A program made the position numbers and the translations under genes. The notes under the pieces are model-generated. The model was not told the origin of the DNA, did not search any database, and was given only the letters and a program-made list of their open reading frames with translations. Below are positions 7,923 through 18,482 of a stretch of 64,000 bases of DNA, in pieces (the stretch's first letter is position 1; each line of letters opens with the position of its first letter). This DNA comes from Patescibacteria group bacterium (lineage in GTDB: Bacteria > Omnitrophota > Gorgyraeia > Gygaellales > Profunditerraquicolaceae): assembly GCA_035506195.1 (NCBI GenBank), contig DATJPV010000030.1, positions 22,662-86,661 on the forward strand. The letters are read 5' to 3'.

Positions 7923-9569
7923 CTACATCTTTTCAGGGCTGGCAACGCCCAACAGGCCGAGCCCCGTGGCGATGACGATCTTGGTTGCCCCCAGAAGCCC
8001 CAGGCGCGCGAATGTCAACGCATCTTCCTGGCCCAACACCCGGTGCTGATCGTAAAACTTATGGAAATGTTCGGCAACTTCCTGGAGGTAGACGGTGATC
8101 AGGTAGGGGTCCAGGGTCCCTATGCAGGCCTCCAGGGTGTTGGGGAACTGCCAGAGCTTCTTAATCAGGGATATCTCCTCTTTTTCCTTCAACAAGCTAA
8201 AATCGATCTCGGGGACAGGCGGCATCTTCTTGGGAGAATTGCTCAAGATGCTGCAGATCCTGGCATGGGCGTATTGGACGTAATACACCGGGTTTTCGCT
8301 GGTCTGCTTTTTGGCGACCTCCAAGTCGAAATCAAGGTGGCTGGAGGTCCGGCGCATCAGGAAAAAGAAACGCGCCGCATCGCGCCCTACCTCATCCAGA
8401 ACTTCCCGCAGCGTGATATATTGCCCTCTGCGGGTGGACATCTGTACCGGCTTGCCCTGCCGGAAGATAGTAGCCAGCTGCACGATGATGATCGAAAGCG
8501 TCTGGGAGGCGTGGCCAAAGGCCTCTACCGATGCCTTGAGCCGGTTGATATAGCCGTGATGATCCGGCCCCCACAGGTTGATCAGCCATTGAAAATCGCG
8601 GCTGTATTTATCCTGATGATAGGCAATATCGGGGGCAAGGTAGGTATAGGAACCGTCGCTTTTAATGACCACCCTGTCTTTGTCGTCCCCAAAGGCGGTG
8701 GATTTAAACCACAAGGCGCCCTCGCTCTCATAGAGGAACCCTTTCTGCTTCAAAGACGCGAAGGCCTGCTCGATCTTTCCGCTTGCCCCGAGAGCTTTCT
8801 GGCTGAACCAGGAATCAAACGTCACTCCGAAATCGTCGAGCTCTTTCTTGATGATATCCAGGATATAGTCGGCCCCGAACTGGGCGCAGTCGGTTGCCTC
8901 CATCTTCCGCGCAAGGGCGACCTTGGCGATATCGTAAATGTAGTCTCCCTGGTAGTGGTCTTCGGGAAATTCTATTTTCTCCCCCTGCAGTTCTTTCATT
9001 CGCAGGGCAATAGACCTGCCCAGGATGTTGATCTGGTTGCCTTCGTCGTTAAGATAGTACTCCCGCCGGGCCTTAAAACCCATAAAATTGAAGATGCTTG
9101 CCAGTACGTCCCCGACTGCCGCCTGCCGGGCATGCGCGACCGAAAGAGGCCCGGTGGGATTGGCGCTGACAAATTCGATCAAGACGGACCTCCCTTTGCC
9201 GATGCCGGTCCGCAGCGTTGCCTGCCCCCCGGAAACAAGATCGGCCAGGTACCTATAAAAATACCCGTTGCTCAGGTAGAAGTTGATGAACCCGGCGCCT
9301 TCGACTTTTACGTCGTGCACGCTGCCTGCCAGGGCCTGGTCATCCTGCAGCGACCGTTTCAGGCGGCCGGAAAGCTCGGCCGCGATCGAGGCGGGATTTT
9401 TTTTAAGCTGTTTGCTTAATTGCAGAGCGACGTTGGTAGACAGGTCCCCAAAACGCGGATCACTGGGGAAATCAAGATAAGCCTTATCTTGGCAGCCCGG
9501 CGCGCAGCCAAGGTCTTCAAGCAGGCGTCCTATCGTTTCGGTCAAGGTGTCTTTTATGTTTTTTGACAT
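7923..9569 (-). CDS. argS: Arginine--tRNA ligase
   Basis: FGDLSTNVA, GAGFINF, EFVSANPTGPL, GDDKDRV, DHHGY, MSTRRG, NPVYYVQYAHARI. Confidence 0.96.
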   Translation of the reverse strand: MSKNIKDTLTETIGRLLEDLGCAPGCQDKAYLDFPSDPRFGDLSTNVALQLSKQLKKNPASIAAELSGRLKRSLQDDQALAGSVHDVKVEGAGFINFYLSNGYFYRYLADLVSGGQATLRTGIGKGRSVLIEFVSANPTGPLSVAHARQAAVGDVLASIFNFMGFKARREYYLNDEGNQINILGRSIALRMKELQGEKIEFPEDHYQGDYIYDIAKVALARKMEATDCAQFGADYILDIIKKELDDFGVTFDSWFSQKALGASGKIEQAFASLKQKGFLYESEGALWFKSTAFGDDKDRVVIKSDGSYTYLAPDIAYHQDKYSRDFQWLINLWGPDHHGYINRLKASVEAFGHASQTLSIIIVQLATIFRQGKPVQMSTRRGQYITLREVLDEVGRDAARFFFLMRRTSSHLDFDLEVAKKQTSENPVYYVQYAHARICSILSNSPKKMPPVPEIDFSLLKEKEEISLIKKLWQFPNTLEACIGTLDPYLITVYLQEVAEHFHKFYDQHRVLGQEDALTFARLGLLGATKIVIATGLGLLGVASPEKM

Positions 9570-9598
9570 CGTAGTGTACGGAGGCGGCGGCTGGGCAA

Positions 9599-9958
9599 TC
9601 AGTCGGTCAAAAGGCGGGGGATTCTGACCCGCTTGGCGTCAGACCACAGGCGCTCTAAAGAATAAAACTCTCTCATCGGTTTGTGGAATAGATGGACCAC
9701 CACGCTGGCAAAATCCAGCACTACCCAACCGGATTCATCGTTGGGATTGACCTTCGAGAGAGGTTTTATTCTGTCTTTGGCTAGGTCTTCTTCTATCGCC
9801 TGGGCAAGCGCGCTTATCTGTCGCAGGGAAGTGCCGCTTAAGATGACAAAATAAGAGCAGAGATTGGAAACCTTCTGCATATCCAGGACAACCACGCCCT
9901 GGGCCTTCTTGTTTTTGGCGATCGCCGCAATACGGAGTGCAACTTTTTTCGGTTCTAT
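9599..9958 (-). CDS. rsfS: Ribosome silencing factor RsfS (probable ATA start)
   Basis: KKAQGVVVLDM...YFVILSGTS.RQI...WVVLDF..VVVHLF...REFYSLERLWSDA. The frame is open upstream to ATA at 9958, preceded by AGGAGGT. Confidence 0.9.
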   Translation of the reverse strand: MEPKKVALRIAAIAKNKKAQGVVVLDMQKVSNLCSYFVILSGTSLRQISALAQAIEEDLAKDRIKPLSKVNPNDESGWVVLDFASVVVHLFHKPMREFYSLERLWSDAKRVRIPRLLTD

Positions 9959-9982
9959 AAGTGCCTACCTCCTAAAGAGGTA

Positions 9983-10132
9983 TTATTTTTTTCCTAAGAT
10001 TTTATACATGCCGGTCCCGCAATCGGGGCATTTGCCTTTCATTGCCTGACGCTTGTTCTTCATGGTGACCTGCTGGGTGTCTTTCATTTCTTTGGAAGCC
10101 TTGCATTTCACGCAATATCCCTTTTCTGCCAT
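9983..10132 (-). CDS. Small zinc-ribbon protein (DUF5679-like), 49 aa
   Basis: MAEKGYCVKCK...KGKCPDCGTGMYKILGKK; AAGGAGG SD. Confidence 0.85.
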   Translation of the reverse strand: MAEKGYCVKCKASKEMKDTQQVTMKNKRQAMKGKCPDCGTGMYKILGKK

Positions 10133-10169
10133 TTGAAATCCTCCTTTGCTAGATGTATAGTATTGTCCA

Positions 10170-10198
10170 ATATTACCACAGCTTGTTGGTACTGTCAA
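10170..10198 (-). promoter_or_regulatory. Sigma70 promoter for DUF5679-rsfS-argS-recJ
   Basis: TTGACA-17-TAATAT with extended -10 TG. Confidence 0.7.
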
Positions 10199-11223
10199 AC
10201 AATTCTTACCTTATGCTGCTTGTCGGTATCCTCCTCCAGCTCGCCGACGATCTCTTCCAGCAGGTCCTCCAACGTAACCAGCCCGATGACGTTCTTGCGG
10301 TCATCAACGACAACGGCGATCTGGATCCTGTTCATTTGGAACCTCCTTAAGAGGTCGCTGACCTTCAGGTTCGCGGGAACAAAATAGGCGTTACGGATCA
10401 GGTCCTGCAGTATAAACAGGCCCTTGTGCCTGAGCAGGTACAGCAGGTCGCGGGTGTAGACGATGCCGATGATATTGTCCAGGGAGCCTTTGTAGACCGG
10501 CAACCGCGCATGCCCTTGTTCAAAAAAGAATTCCAGAAGCTCATCCGGAGTAGAGCTTACGCTGACCGCGATGATCTTGTCCTTGGGCACCATGACGTCC
10601 TGTATCTTGGTGTCTCCGAATTCGAAAATCCGGTGGAGCATTTTTCTTTCCTCTTCGCTTAAAACCCCCTCTTCCTTGCCTATCTCGATCATCAGGCGCA
10701 GCTCCTCTTCGGTAATAAGCGGGGAGCGCTTAGACGGCTGGATCCGTATGAGCCGCAGGATCGAATTGCTTATGCCGATGAAAAACGGCGTAATGGGCCG
10801 GAAAAAGGCGACGATCGTTTCCATGATCGGAGCGGTGAACAACGCCATTTTCTCCGTATGCTTGGTGGCCAGGATCTTCGGAGTGATCTCGCAGGCCACC
10901 AATACGAAGAAGGTCGAGGCGAACGTCGAGGCGATAACGCCCAGATTATAGCCGAAAACCCTTACGAAGATGGCCGTGACGATCGAGGATATGGCGATGT
11001 TGACGAAATTATTGCCGATGAGGATCGTAGCGATGAACTTGTCGGATTTGGACAGGAGGCGATGGATGCTCTGCGCGCGCTTGCTGCCCTTGGCGAGCAT
11101 ATTGCGCAGTCGTATCTTGCTTAAGCCTATAATGGACGTTTCGCAGGCGGAAAGGAAAAAAGACACGCATGCCAGCACGGCTAAGAGCGCGCTAATAATA
11201 GATATGAAAAGCAGCGAATGCAT
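10195..11223 (-). CDS. CNNM/DUF21 plus CBS-pair membrane protein (hemolysin/CorB family)
   Basis: FFLSACETS, TILIGNNFVNI, EITPK, ITEEEL, HARLPVY, GLVTLEDLLEEIVGE. Confidence 0.92.
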   Translation of the reverse strand: MHSLLFISIISALLAVLACVSFFLSACETSIIGLSKIRLRNMLAKGSKRAQSIHRLLSKSDKFIATILIGNNFVNIAISSIVTAIFVRVFGYNLGVIASTFASTFFVLVACEITPKILATKHTEKMALFTAPIMETIVAFFRPITPFFIGISNSILRLIRIQPSKRSPLITEEELRLMIEIGKEEGVLSEEERKMLHRIFEFGDTKIQDVMVPKDKIIAVSVSSTPDELLEFFFEQGHARLPVYKGSLDNIIGIVYTRDLLYLLRHKGLFILQDLIRNAYFVPANLKVSDLLRRFQMNRIQIAVVVDDRKNVIGLVTLEDLLEEIVGELEEDTDKQHKVRIV

Positions 11224-11232
11224 GGTATGAGT

Positions 11233-12507
11233 TTATCCCGAAGATACGTGCAGCCTTGCGGCTATGTCTTTTTGGCTTCGCGCAAGCGGGCCGATAAGCG
11301 CAAGGCTCATTGCTTCTTCCGTGAATATCTGGCGGCCCGCCTCTTGGACGTCCGCGATCGTTGTCTTGCGTATTTCCTTGATCAGGTCTTCCAACGAATA
11401 TACCTTATCCAGCGTCGCGGTAGTTTCGCCGATCCAAAGCATGTGGTCCAGGGTATCCTCAAGCGCCAGGGAAAGCTGGCCGATATAAAAATCTCTGGCG
11501 CGCCTGAATTCGTCCCGACTGACGCATCGCCGCCTAAGCTTGCCGAGTTCTTTCATGATCAGGCTGACCGTAGGCCCGACCTTTCGGTTATCTATGCCGG
11601 CATGCACGATAAAAGCGCCGGTATCATGGAAACGCTTGACCTGCGTACCGATCTCATACGCCAGCCCACGTTTTTCCCGGATCTCATTGAAGAGGCGGCT
11701 GGACATATTGGCCCCGAGGATAATATGCAATAGCGACAAGGCATGCCTTAGCGGATGGTCGCGCTTAAAACCGTGGAACCCCAGGGCCAGATGCGTCTGT
11801 TCCGTGTCTTTGGCAAGGATCTTCAGGCAGGGCTTGCGCTGCTGCTGCCGGGCCTGTAAAAAAACATTCTCCTCTGCCCTGCCGCAGGAAGAAAAAGTCT
11901 TGGCGATGCGGGATGCCAGGCGGGAATGCGTCAGGGAACCGGCGGCGCTCACGACGATATTGGCGGCCGTATAATACCGCCTGCTGAATGCCCGCAGGCT
12001 ATCCTGCCCCAGCCGGCTGACAGATTCAAGGCTGCCGGCAATACTCATCCCCAAAGGCTGATCCGGCCAAAGCAGTTCATCCAGCAGCTCGTGAACATAG
12101 CTCTGCGGAAGGTCCTTATACATCTTTATCTCTTCCAGGATAACCGTCTTTTCTTTCTGCACATCGCTGGCGCGCAGTAGCGGTTGCAGGACCATATCCG
12201 ACAACACATCGAAGGCCGCCTCCAGATATACCGCAGGTAATTTGACCAGATAGCAGGTCAGCTCTTCCGACGTAAAGCCGTTCAGGGAACCGCCTACGCC
12301 TTCGATGCTCTCTTTGATCCGGCGGCAGGAATATTTCCTGCTCCCTTTGAAAAGAAGGTGCTCAAGGAAATGTGCCGCGCCTTTCAGGCGGGGGCTCTCG
12401 TAGCGTCCGCCGACATTGATCCAGATGCCCAATGCCACCGAACGCCTGGCGGGCATCGCATGCGTAACCAGCTTAATCCCGTTGGTTAGTTTTTCTTTCC
12501 TGTACAT
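11233..12507 (-). CDS. M16 (pitrilysin) family Zn-peptidase
   Basis: GAAHFLEHLLFKG, NGFTSEE, SSRLFNEIREKRGLAY. Start set at ATG 12507 ([10 protein letters not shown]). Confidence 0.92.
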   Translation of the reverse strand: MYRKEKLTNGIKLVTHAMPARRSVALGIWINVGGRYESPRLKGAAHFLEHLLFKGSRKYSCRRIKESIEGVGGSLNGFTSEELTCYLVKLPAVYLEAAFDVLSDMVLQPLLRASDVQKEKTVILEEIKMYKDLPQSYVHELLDELLWPDQPLGMSIAGSLESVSRLGQDSLRAFSRRYYTAANIVVSAAGSLTHSRLASRIAKTFSSCGRAEENVFLQARQQQRKPCLKILAKDTEQTHLALGFHGFKRDHPLRHALSLLHIILGANMSSRLFNEIREKRGLAYEIGTQVKRFHDTGAFIVHAGIDNRKVGPTVSLIMKELGKLRRRCVSRDEFRRARDFYIGQLSLALEDTLDHMLWIGETTATLDKVYSLEDLIKEIRKTTIADVQEAGRQIFTEEAMSLALIGPLARSQKDIAARLHVSSG

Positions 12508-13286
12508 AATACCCTCACAAAATCCGAGACCCTCTTGACCAGGTCGGGCCTGCCCAGGTTCTTTTTGATCTTGCCGACGATCGCACTGCCGACGATCGCC
12601 CCGTCGCTGATTTTCTGGATCTGCGCCACCTGCTGCGGGGTAGATATCCCGAACCCCACGCATACGGGTTTATCGGTAATTTTCTTGATCGCCCTTACAT
12701 GGGCCTTTAAGTCCGCAGGCAGGGCCTGCCGGGGCCCGGTGACGCCGGTCAGCGATACGTAATAGATGAAACCCCGGCTCATGCGCGCAATCAGCCGCGC
12801 GCGGGAAGCGGTAGTCGTCGGCGCAATAAATAACACCGTCGCCAGGTTCATCTTGGCAGCCAGCCTGCGAAAATCGCCCGCCTCCTCAGGGGGCAGGTCA
12901 GGCACGATCACCCCGTCTACGCCGCAGGCAACCGCCGCCTTTACGAAACGCGCTTCATTAAAACAGAATATCGGGTTGTAATACGTCATCAGGCAGATCG
13001 GTATCCCGGTCTTTTTTCTTAAAGCCTCAACCATCCTCAGGATCGCCCCGAGAGTGACTTTTTTCTTAAGGGCCTGTTGTGAGGCCTCCTGGATGATCGG
13101 GCCGTCGGCCATAGGGTCGGAAAAAGGAACCCCTAATTCAATGATATCTACCCCCGCGCGGGAAAATGCGAGGACCAGTTCCGCCGTAGTTTTTAAATCC
13201 GGGTATCCTGCGGTAATAAAGGCAATAAAGGCCTTCTTTCTTTTTGTGCGCAGCTGCCTGAATATACGGTCAATGCGGTTCGTCAT
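12486..13286 (-). CDS. trpA: Tryptophan synthase alpha subunit
   Basis: [46 protein letters not shown]. Start at 13286 overlaps the trpB stop (ATGA). Confidence 0.96.
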   Translation of the reverse strand: MTNRIDRIFRQLRTKRKKAFIAFITAGYPDLKTTAELVLAFSRAGVDIIELGVPFSDPMADGPIIQEASQQALKKKVTLGAILRMVEALRKKTGIPICLMTYYNPIFCFNEARFVKAAVACGVDGVIVPDLPPEEAGDFRRLAAKMNLATVLFIAPTTTASRARLIARMSRGFIYYVSLTGVTGPRQALPADLKAHVRAIKKITDKPVCVGFGISTPQQVAQIQKISDGAIVGSAIVGKIKKNLGRPDLVKRVSDFVRVLCTGKKN

Positions 13287-14461
13287 GCCAAGACCCCCGA
13301 AATGGAAGAAGTGTCCTTGTCTCCCCTGCCCGAAAGGCATACGATCACTACGGAATCCTTGCGTATGTTACGCTTCATCTTCCTTAAATAGGCGATGGCA
13401 TGCGCGGACTCAAGCGCAGGGATGATCCCTTCTATTTCCGAAAGCATCCGGAAGCCTTCTACTGCTTCTTTATCGGTCACCGCCGTATACGTAGCCCTGC
13501 CGATGGATTTAAAATAGGCGTGTTCCGGCCCGGTGCCCGGATAATCAAGGCCTGCCGCAATGGAATGGGCTATCTGCACCTGGCCGGAGTCGTCCTCCAG
13601 GAGCCCGGATTTCGAACCATGCAAAACCCCCACCTTGCCTTTTACCAGGGTAGCGGCGTGTGCGCCGGAGCCAAGGCCCCGCCCGGCCGCTTCTACTCCG
13701 AAAAAACGCACGGCCTCATCGGCAAAGAACGGATAGAATAACCCCATGGCGTTGCTGCCGCCGCCTACGCAGGCAACCAGGTAATCCGGAAGGCGTCTTT
13801 CCTTTTGCAGGACCTGCCTCCTGGCTTCGCGGCCGATAACGGATTGAAAATCGCGGACCAGCATCGGATACGGATGGGGGCCGGCAACGCTTCCGATAAT
13901 ATAATGCGTCGTACGCACATTGGTCACCCAGTCCCTCAACGCCTCGGTCATGGCGTCCTTGAGGGTGCGCGAACCGCTGGCAACCGGTATAACGCGCGCG
14001 CCCAGCAGGCGCATGCGCAAGACATTCAGTTTCTGGCGCTCGATATCCTCTGTGCCCATATAGACGTCGCAGGATAAACCGAAACGCGCGGCGACCGTTG
14101 CGGTAGCAACGCCGTGCTGGCCGGCTCCGGTCTCCGCGATAATCCGGCTCTTTTTCATGCGCAGGGCAAGCAGGATCTGGCCAAGGGTATTATTGATCTT
14201 ATGCGAGCCGGTGTGGAGAAGGTCTTCGCGCTTCAGGTATACCTTACGGATGCCCAGGTGGCGGCTGAGGTTCTGCGCCAGATACAGCGGAGTAGGCCGG
14301 CCCGCATAGTCGTGCAGGTAATGCGCCAACTGTTGCCGGAACTGCCCATCGGCCTGGGCCTTGCGGTATTGGCGCTCCAATTCATCCAGCGCATAGAAAA
14401 GCGTCTCCGGGACGAAGCGACCCCCGAAGATGCCAAAATGTCCTTTTTTATCCGGTAACAC
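13283..14461 (-). CDS. trpB: Tryptophan synthase beta subunit
   Basis: [52 protein letters not shown]. Probable GTG start at 14461. Confidence 0.96.
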   Translation of the reverse strand: MLPDKKGHFGIFGGRFVPETLFYALDELERQYRKAQADGQFRQQLAHYLHDYAGRPTPLYLAQNLSRHLGIRKVYLKREDLLHTGSHKINNTLGQILLALRMKKSRIIAETGAGQHGVATATVAARFGLSCDVYMGTEDIERQKLNVLRMRLLGARVIPVASGSRTLKDAMTEALRDWVTNVRTTHYIIGSVAGPHPYPMLVRDFQSVIGREARRQVLQKERRLPDYLVACVGGGSNAMGLFYPFFADEAVRFFGVEAAGRGLGSGAHAATLVKGKVGVLHGSKSGLLEDDSGQVQIAHSIAAGLDYPGTGPEHAYFKSIGRATYTAVTDKEAVEGFRMLSEIEGIIPALESAHAIAYLRKMKRNIRKDSVVIVCLSGRGDKDTSSISGVLA

Positions 14462-14492
14462 TACAACCCCTTTCTTTTGCGAACGGCCATAT

Positions 14493-16133
14493 TTAAGGGA
14501 CAACCGCATGGGCCATTTTCGTCTCTGCCAACCCCCAGCAATAGAGCAAGAATTCTTCCATGCTCTTCAAGAACCACTTGCCGAGTGCGGATTCATAGAA
14601 CGCAAGATACTCTTTCAATTCCTCATCGGAAACATCTTTATAGGCAAAAAGAGAGTTGATCAAAACGCTGTTATGCGAAACCGCCAGTAATTTGAGGCGC
14701 GTGGCATTGACGGATGCATCAATGGCCTCCGGAGGAGTACGCCGCTCGGCAGGATAACAGAGGCTCACCGCGCTAAGGCAATCGCGAAATGCCAACAGCT
14801 GCATCTTGATCTCAAGTTCGGAAACGGCGGTTTCAAGGTCCAGCTTCTGCAGCAGGTTGACCCGTTCCTGCGTAGGTTGATAAAGCTCTATGTGCGCGAT
14901 AAAGTCGGTTCTTGCCTGGGCGGCCTCCGGCTTGCGCGCATCTTCCTGGGCCTGGAAAACTTTCTTTAGCGTCGGCGTACGCAGCTTTTCCAGGATGCGG
15001 CGAAACTGTTCTTTGTCCCCTTTGCTGTTGAGCCTGGTCACCAGTGCCTGGTACATATTGTCCGGCTGGTAGCAGGCGCTGATGAGCTTGGCGGCCGATT
15101 CGTATATTTCCGGCTCCAGCGTGTCTTTATTACGCAACAGCTCTGCCGTGACATACGACGGTATTTCTTTGACGCGGCGTTCAATGCCCGACAGCTCCAA
15201 GACCAGGCGTATCAGGTTTTCGGGGCTTGCGGACGTAACGTTATCCTGGGGTTGTTCCTGAGGCGCTGCCGGCGCAGCCTTTACCGCCGGAGGCTTTTCG
15301 ACGCTCAAGGTAACCTGCACCGGTTCCTCTCCCCCGGTCTCGATCGATTCGATCTCGGCGGTGTTGAAGGTGAACTCGTTATCCATTACCTTGATCTTTA
15401 CTTCTTGCATCGTCTGCTCAACGATCTTGCCGCTGATCTTGCGGCCATCTTTGAGATATATCGCATCGGCGAATACCGGCTGCGCTGCGCACGCCAGAAT
15501 CGCAATGCAAAGGATAAGATGGCGTTTGACTGCCTGGACGAATTGTGCCATTTTACGGTACTCCTTTTTGCCGGCAGAGGCCTCCACGGAACTGGAAACG
15601 TCTACCCAATCCGGAGCAACAATCCTTATCGCTTTCTTGACGTTAGCCGCGCCCAAACCGCCCGACAGGAATACCTCTCCCGGCAAGCCGCGGCGGCTCT
15701 TCAACAACCGCCAATCGAATTGCCGGCCGCTGCCGCCGAATCCTGATTTTGGGCAGGCGTCAAAAAGATACGCATATGCATTATACGACGCCAGCCGCTT
15801 GAAATCCAGGCTTGCCTTTACCCTGAACGCCTTGATCACCCGGCGGTCTTTAAACCGGCTGCAGAACCGGGGGCTCTCGTCGCCGTGAAACTGCAGCATA
15901 TCCAGCCTGCAGGCCCGGGCGATCCGCTTCACCGAGGCTTCCCGGCTATTGACAAAAACGCCGACCTTGGCGATGCGCCGGGGAAGCCGGGAAATGATGC
16001 TTCTGGCCCGTGCAGGCGCTATGTAGCGGGGGCTCTTTTTATAGAATACAAACCCCAACGCATCGCAACCTGCCCTGACGGCATCCTGTGCGTCCTGGAG
16101 GCTGGTTATTCCGCAAATCTTGATCTTCACCAT
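14493..16133 (-). CDS. trpF: Phosphoribosylanthranilate isomerase (about aa 1-203) fused in frame to a signal-peptide-bearing exported protein
   Basis: [48 protein letters not shown]. This is followed without a stop by [36 protein letters not shown] and a helical domain ending in [15 protein letters not shown] (DUF2059-like). Confidence 0.85.
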   Translation of the reverse strand: MVKIKICGITSLQDAQDAVRAGCDALGFVFYKKSPRYIAPARARSIISRLPRRIAKVGVFVNSREASVKRIARACRLDMLQFHGDESPRFCSRFKDRRVIKAFRVKASLDFKRLASYNAYAYLFDACPKSGFGGSGRQFDWRLLKSRRGLPGEVFLSGGLGAANVKKAIRIVAPDWVDVSSSVEASAGKKEYRKMAQFVQAVKRHLILCIAILACAAQPVFADAIYLKDGRKISGKIVEQTMQEVKIKVMDNEFTFNTAEIESIETGGEEPVQVTLSVEKPPAVKAAPAAPQEQPQDNVTSASPENLIRLVLELSGIERRVKEIPSYVTAELLRNKDTLEPEIYESAAKLISACYQPDNMYQALVTRLNSKGDKEQFRRILEKLRTPTLKKVFQAQEDARKPEAAQARTDFIAHIELYQPTQERVNLLQKLDLETAVSELEIKMQLLAFRDCLSAVSLCYPAERRTPPEAIDASVNATRLKLLAVSHNSVLINSLFAYKDVSDEELKEYLAFYESALGKWFLKSMEEFLLYCWGLAETKMAHAVVP

Positions 16134-16915
16134 CCCATCAATTCTTCGACTTTCCTGCGGATATCCGCCGCCTCCATGAAAGCCTGTCCGATCAGGACCG
16201 CACTGGCCCCTAAAATCCTCAAGAAGAGGACGTCCTGGCTGCTTTTTATGCCGCTCTCCACGACCACGGTATTGCCTTTGGGGATCAGGGGAAAAAGCCT
16301 TTCAGTGGTCTTGAGGTCGACCTCCAGCGTATGCAGGTCCCGGTTATTGATACCGATAAGAGATATCTTCATATTCAGGATCTTTTTTAATTCTTTCTCA
16401 TTGTGCACCTCTACCAGGCAATCCATCCCCAGCCCGGCGGCCGTTTCGGACATTTCGGCAATCGCATCCTTCGAAAGCAGGTCAGCAATAAGCAATATCG
16501 CGTCGGCTCCGTAGAATCTCGATTCCAGCACCTGGTAGTTCTCCAGTATAAAGTCTTTTCTCAAAACGGGGACGGTGGTGACGGCCTTGACGTCGTTGAT
16601 GAACGCGGCGCTACCGAGAAAATGATCTTCCTCGGTCAATACGGAGATCGCCTGTACTTGCGCCTCTTCGTACGCCCTGGCAATGTCCGTGTGGTCGAAA
16701 TCCTGGCGGATGACGCCACCCGAAGGAGACGCCTTTTTTATCTCGGCGATCAGCGATATGGTGCGCGGCTTACTGATAGCCTCCAGGAAAGGCCGGGTCG
16801 CCGGCATCCCCTCTACCCTGGCCTTTAATTCCTCTTGCGGCAAGGCAAGCTTGGCCTGCGCGATCCTTTCTTTCTTTTTTTGCACGATCTCCTTCAAAGC
16901 GTTTGGCGCGCTCAT
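16127..16915 (-). CDS. trpC: Indole-3-glycerol phosphate synthase
   Basis: IAEIKKASPS, ISVLTE, LRKDFI, LVEVH, GINNRDL, ESGI. Confidence 0.96.
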   Translation of the reverse strand: MSAPNALKEIVQKKKERIAQAKLALPQEELKARVEGMPATRPFLEAISKPRTISLIAEIKKASPSGGVIRQDFDHTDIARAYEEAQVQAISVLTEEDHFLGSAAFINDVKAVTTVPVLRKDFILENYQVLESRFYGADAILLIADLLSKDAIAEMSETAAGLGMDCLVEVHNEKELKKILNMKISLIGINNRDLHTLEVDLKTTERLFPLIPKGNTVVVESGIKSSQDVLFLRILGASAVLIGQAFMEAADIRRKVEELMGW

Positions 16916-17922
16916 CTGCGTGAATACTCCTTAAGAAGCTGTAATTTTTCAAGCGCTGCGCCGGAATCTATGGAGGCAATGGCCATGTGTATCCCCTCCA
17001 TAATGGTCCCTGCCTTGTTGGCCGCGTAGATAGCACAGCCCGCATTCAGCGCCACGATGTCGCGATGGGGCCCCTCTTTACCCACAAGCACATCCATGAC
17101 GATCCGCACGTTATCCGACATGACCGAACACTGCAGGTCTTCCAAGTGCGCCCTTGCCAGGCCGTAGTCTTCGGGCGCGATCTCGTATTCGCTAAAGCTT
17201 CCGGCGTTTGCTTCGGCAATATGGGTTTTTCCGGTAGTAGTAATTTCATCGAGCCCGTCCTGGCCGTGGACGACCAACACGTGCTCTGTGCCCAGGTTAT
17301 GCAGCACCTTTGCCAGGGGAGCGGTCCATTCGCGGCTGTAGACGCCGATCAACTGGTTGGTCGCCCTGGCGGGGTTGATCAGGGGGCCGAGGATATTAAA
17401 CATGGTTTTTCTGGCGATCTGTTTTCGTGCAGGCATGACGTGCTTCATCGCCGGGTGCAGGTTCGGCGCAAAGAGGAACGCGATACCGATCTCCTGAAGG
17501 CAGCGCTTTATCGTCTCTTTGTCCATATTGATATCGACTCCCAAGGCCTCCAGGACATCAGCGCTACCGCAGGCGCTGGAAATGGAACGATTGCCGTGTT
17601 TGGCAACGGTAACGCCTGCGCCGCTGGAAACCAGGGCGGTGACCGTAGAGATGTTGAAGGTGCCTTTTTTATCTCCGCCGGTCCCGCAGGTATCGAGTAT
17701 GTTCGGCCGGTCAACGATGATCGGGTCGACGAACTTGAGCATCACGCGGACCGCGGCAGTCAGCTCTTCTACGGTTTCCCCTTTATCGTTAAGCAGCGTC
17801 AGGAACGCGATCAGGTCCGCTATATCGGTGACGCCGCCCAGGATCTCGTACATAACCGCCTGCATTTGCGCGTCATCAAGGTTTTCTTTGCGAATCAGCT
17901 TTTGAATGGCTTCTTTAATCAT
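16912..17922 (-). CDS. trpD: Anthranilate phosphoribosyltransferase
   Basis: [44 protein letters not shown]. Confidence 0.96.
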   Translation of the reverse strand: MIKEAIQKLIRKENLDDAQMQAVMYEILGGVTDIADLIAFLTLLNDKGETVEELTAAVRVMLKFVDPIIVDRPNILDTCGTGGDKKGTFNISTVTALVSSGAGVTVAKHGNRSISSACGSADVLEALGVDINMDKETIKRCLQEIGIAFLFAPNLHPAMKHVMPARKQIARKTMFNILGPLINPARATNQLIGVYSREWTAPLAKVLHNLGTEHVLVVHGQDGLDEITTTGKTHIAEANAGSFSEYEIAPEDYGLARAHLEDLQCSVMSDNVRIVMDVLVGKEGPHRDIVALNAGCAIYAANKAGTIMEGIHMAIASIDSGAALEKLQLLKEYSRR

Positions 17923-18482
17923 TGTGTAAGAAAATTGCCGAGCAGCTCTTTTCCGGCGCGCGTTAAGATAGATTCGGGATGGAACTGTACGCCCCAGACC
18001 CGGTATTTTTTATGCCGCAGCCCCATAATCTCGTCTTCTTTGGTCCAGGCGGTTATCTGAAGACAATCCGGCAGGCTCTTTTTTTCCACCAGCAATGAGT
18101 GGTAACGCGTAGCCTCGAACGGATTCGGCAGCCCTTTAAAAAGCTCTTTACCGTTGTGATATATCAACGAGGTCTTTCCGTGCATGAGGCGCCGGGCGCC
18201 GACGACGCACCCTCCATAGACATAGCCGATGCACTGATGCCCGAGGCAGACCCCCAAGAGGGGGATCTTCCCGCCGAATTCCCTGATCACGTCGCAGGAA
18301 ATACCGGCATCCTGCGGGCCTCCGGGCCCGGGGGAAATGACGATCCTGGAAGGCTTTAGTTTTTTAATCGCCTCTAGGGTGATCTTGTCGTTCCTGAATA
18401 CCCGGATGCGCTGGCCCAGCTCTCCGAAATACTGCACCAGGTTATAGGTAAAAGAGTCATAGTTGTCGATCATGATGATCAT
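17919..18482 (-). CDS. trpG: Anthranilate synthase component II (class I glutamine amidotransferase)
   Basis: [39 protein letters not shown]; trp gene context. Confidence 0.93.
   Translation of the reverse strand: MIIMIDNYDSFTYNLVQYFGELGQRIRVFRNDKITLEAIKKLKPSRIVISPGPGGPQDAGISCDVIREFGGKIPLLGVCLGHQCIGYVYGGCVVGARRLMHGKTSLIYHNGKELFKGLPNPFEATRYHSLLVEKKSLPDCLQITAWTKEDEIMGLRHKKYRVWGVQFHPESILTRAGKELLGNFLTQ

Noticed and set aside
8043-9419. 458-aa plus-strand ORF
   Set aside because: Antisense shadow of argS with no recognisable motifs; long antisense frames are expected from codon bias at this GC level.
10146-10165. NrdR-box-like sequence in the DUF5679 leader
   Set aside because: Spacing does not match the 16-bp NrdR consensus, it is a single site, and no nrd genes are nearby.
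12508-12663. Long N-terminal extensions in the ORF track for M16 (also rpsO, coaE, dxr, DUF2905, trpA, trpB, uppS, rpmB)
   Set aside because: Artefacts of choosing the most upstream start; homology and SD positions favour the later starts given.
16987-18060. 357-aa plus-strand ORF (similarly 30572-31573, 41714-42766, 43550-44647 and 57084-58088)
   Set aside because: Each lies opposite well-conserved genes (trpD/trpG, acsB, spoIID, ruvB, GH57) and has no protein-like motifs.
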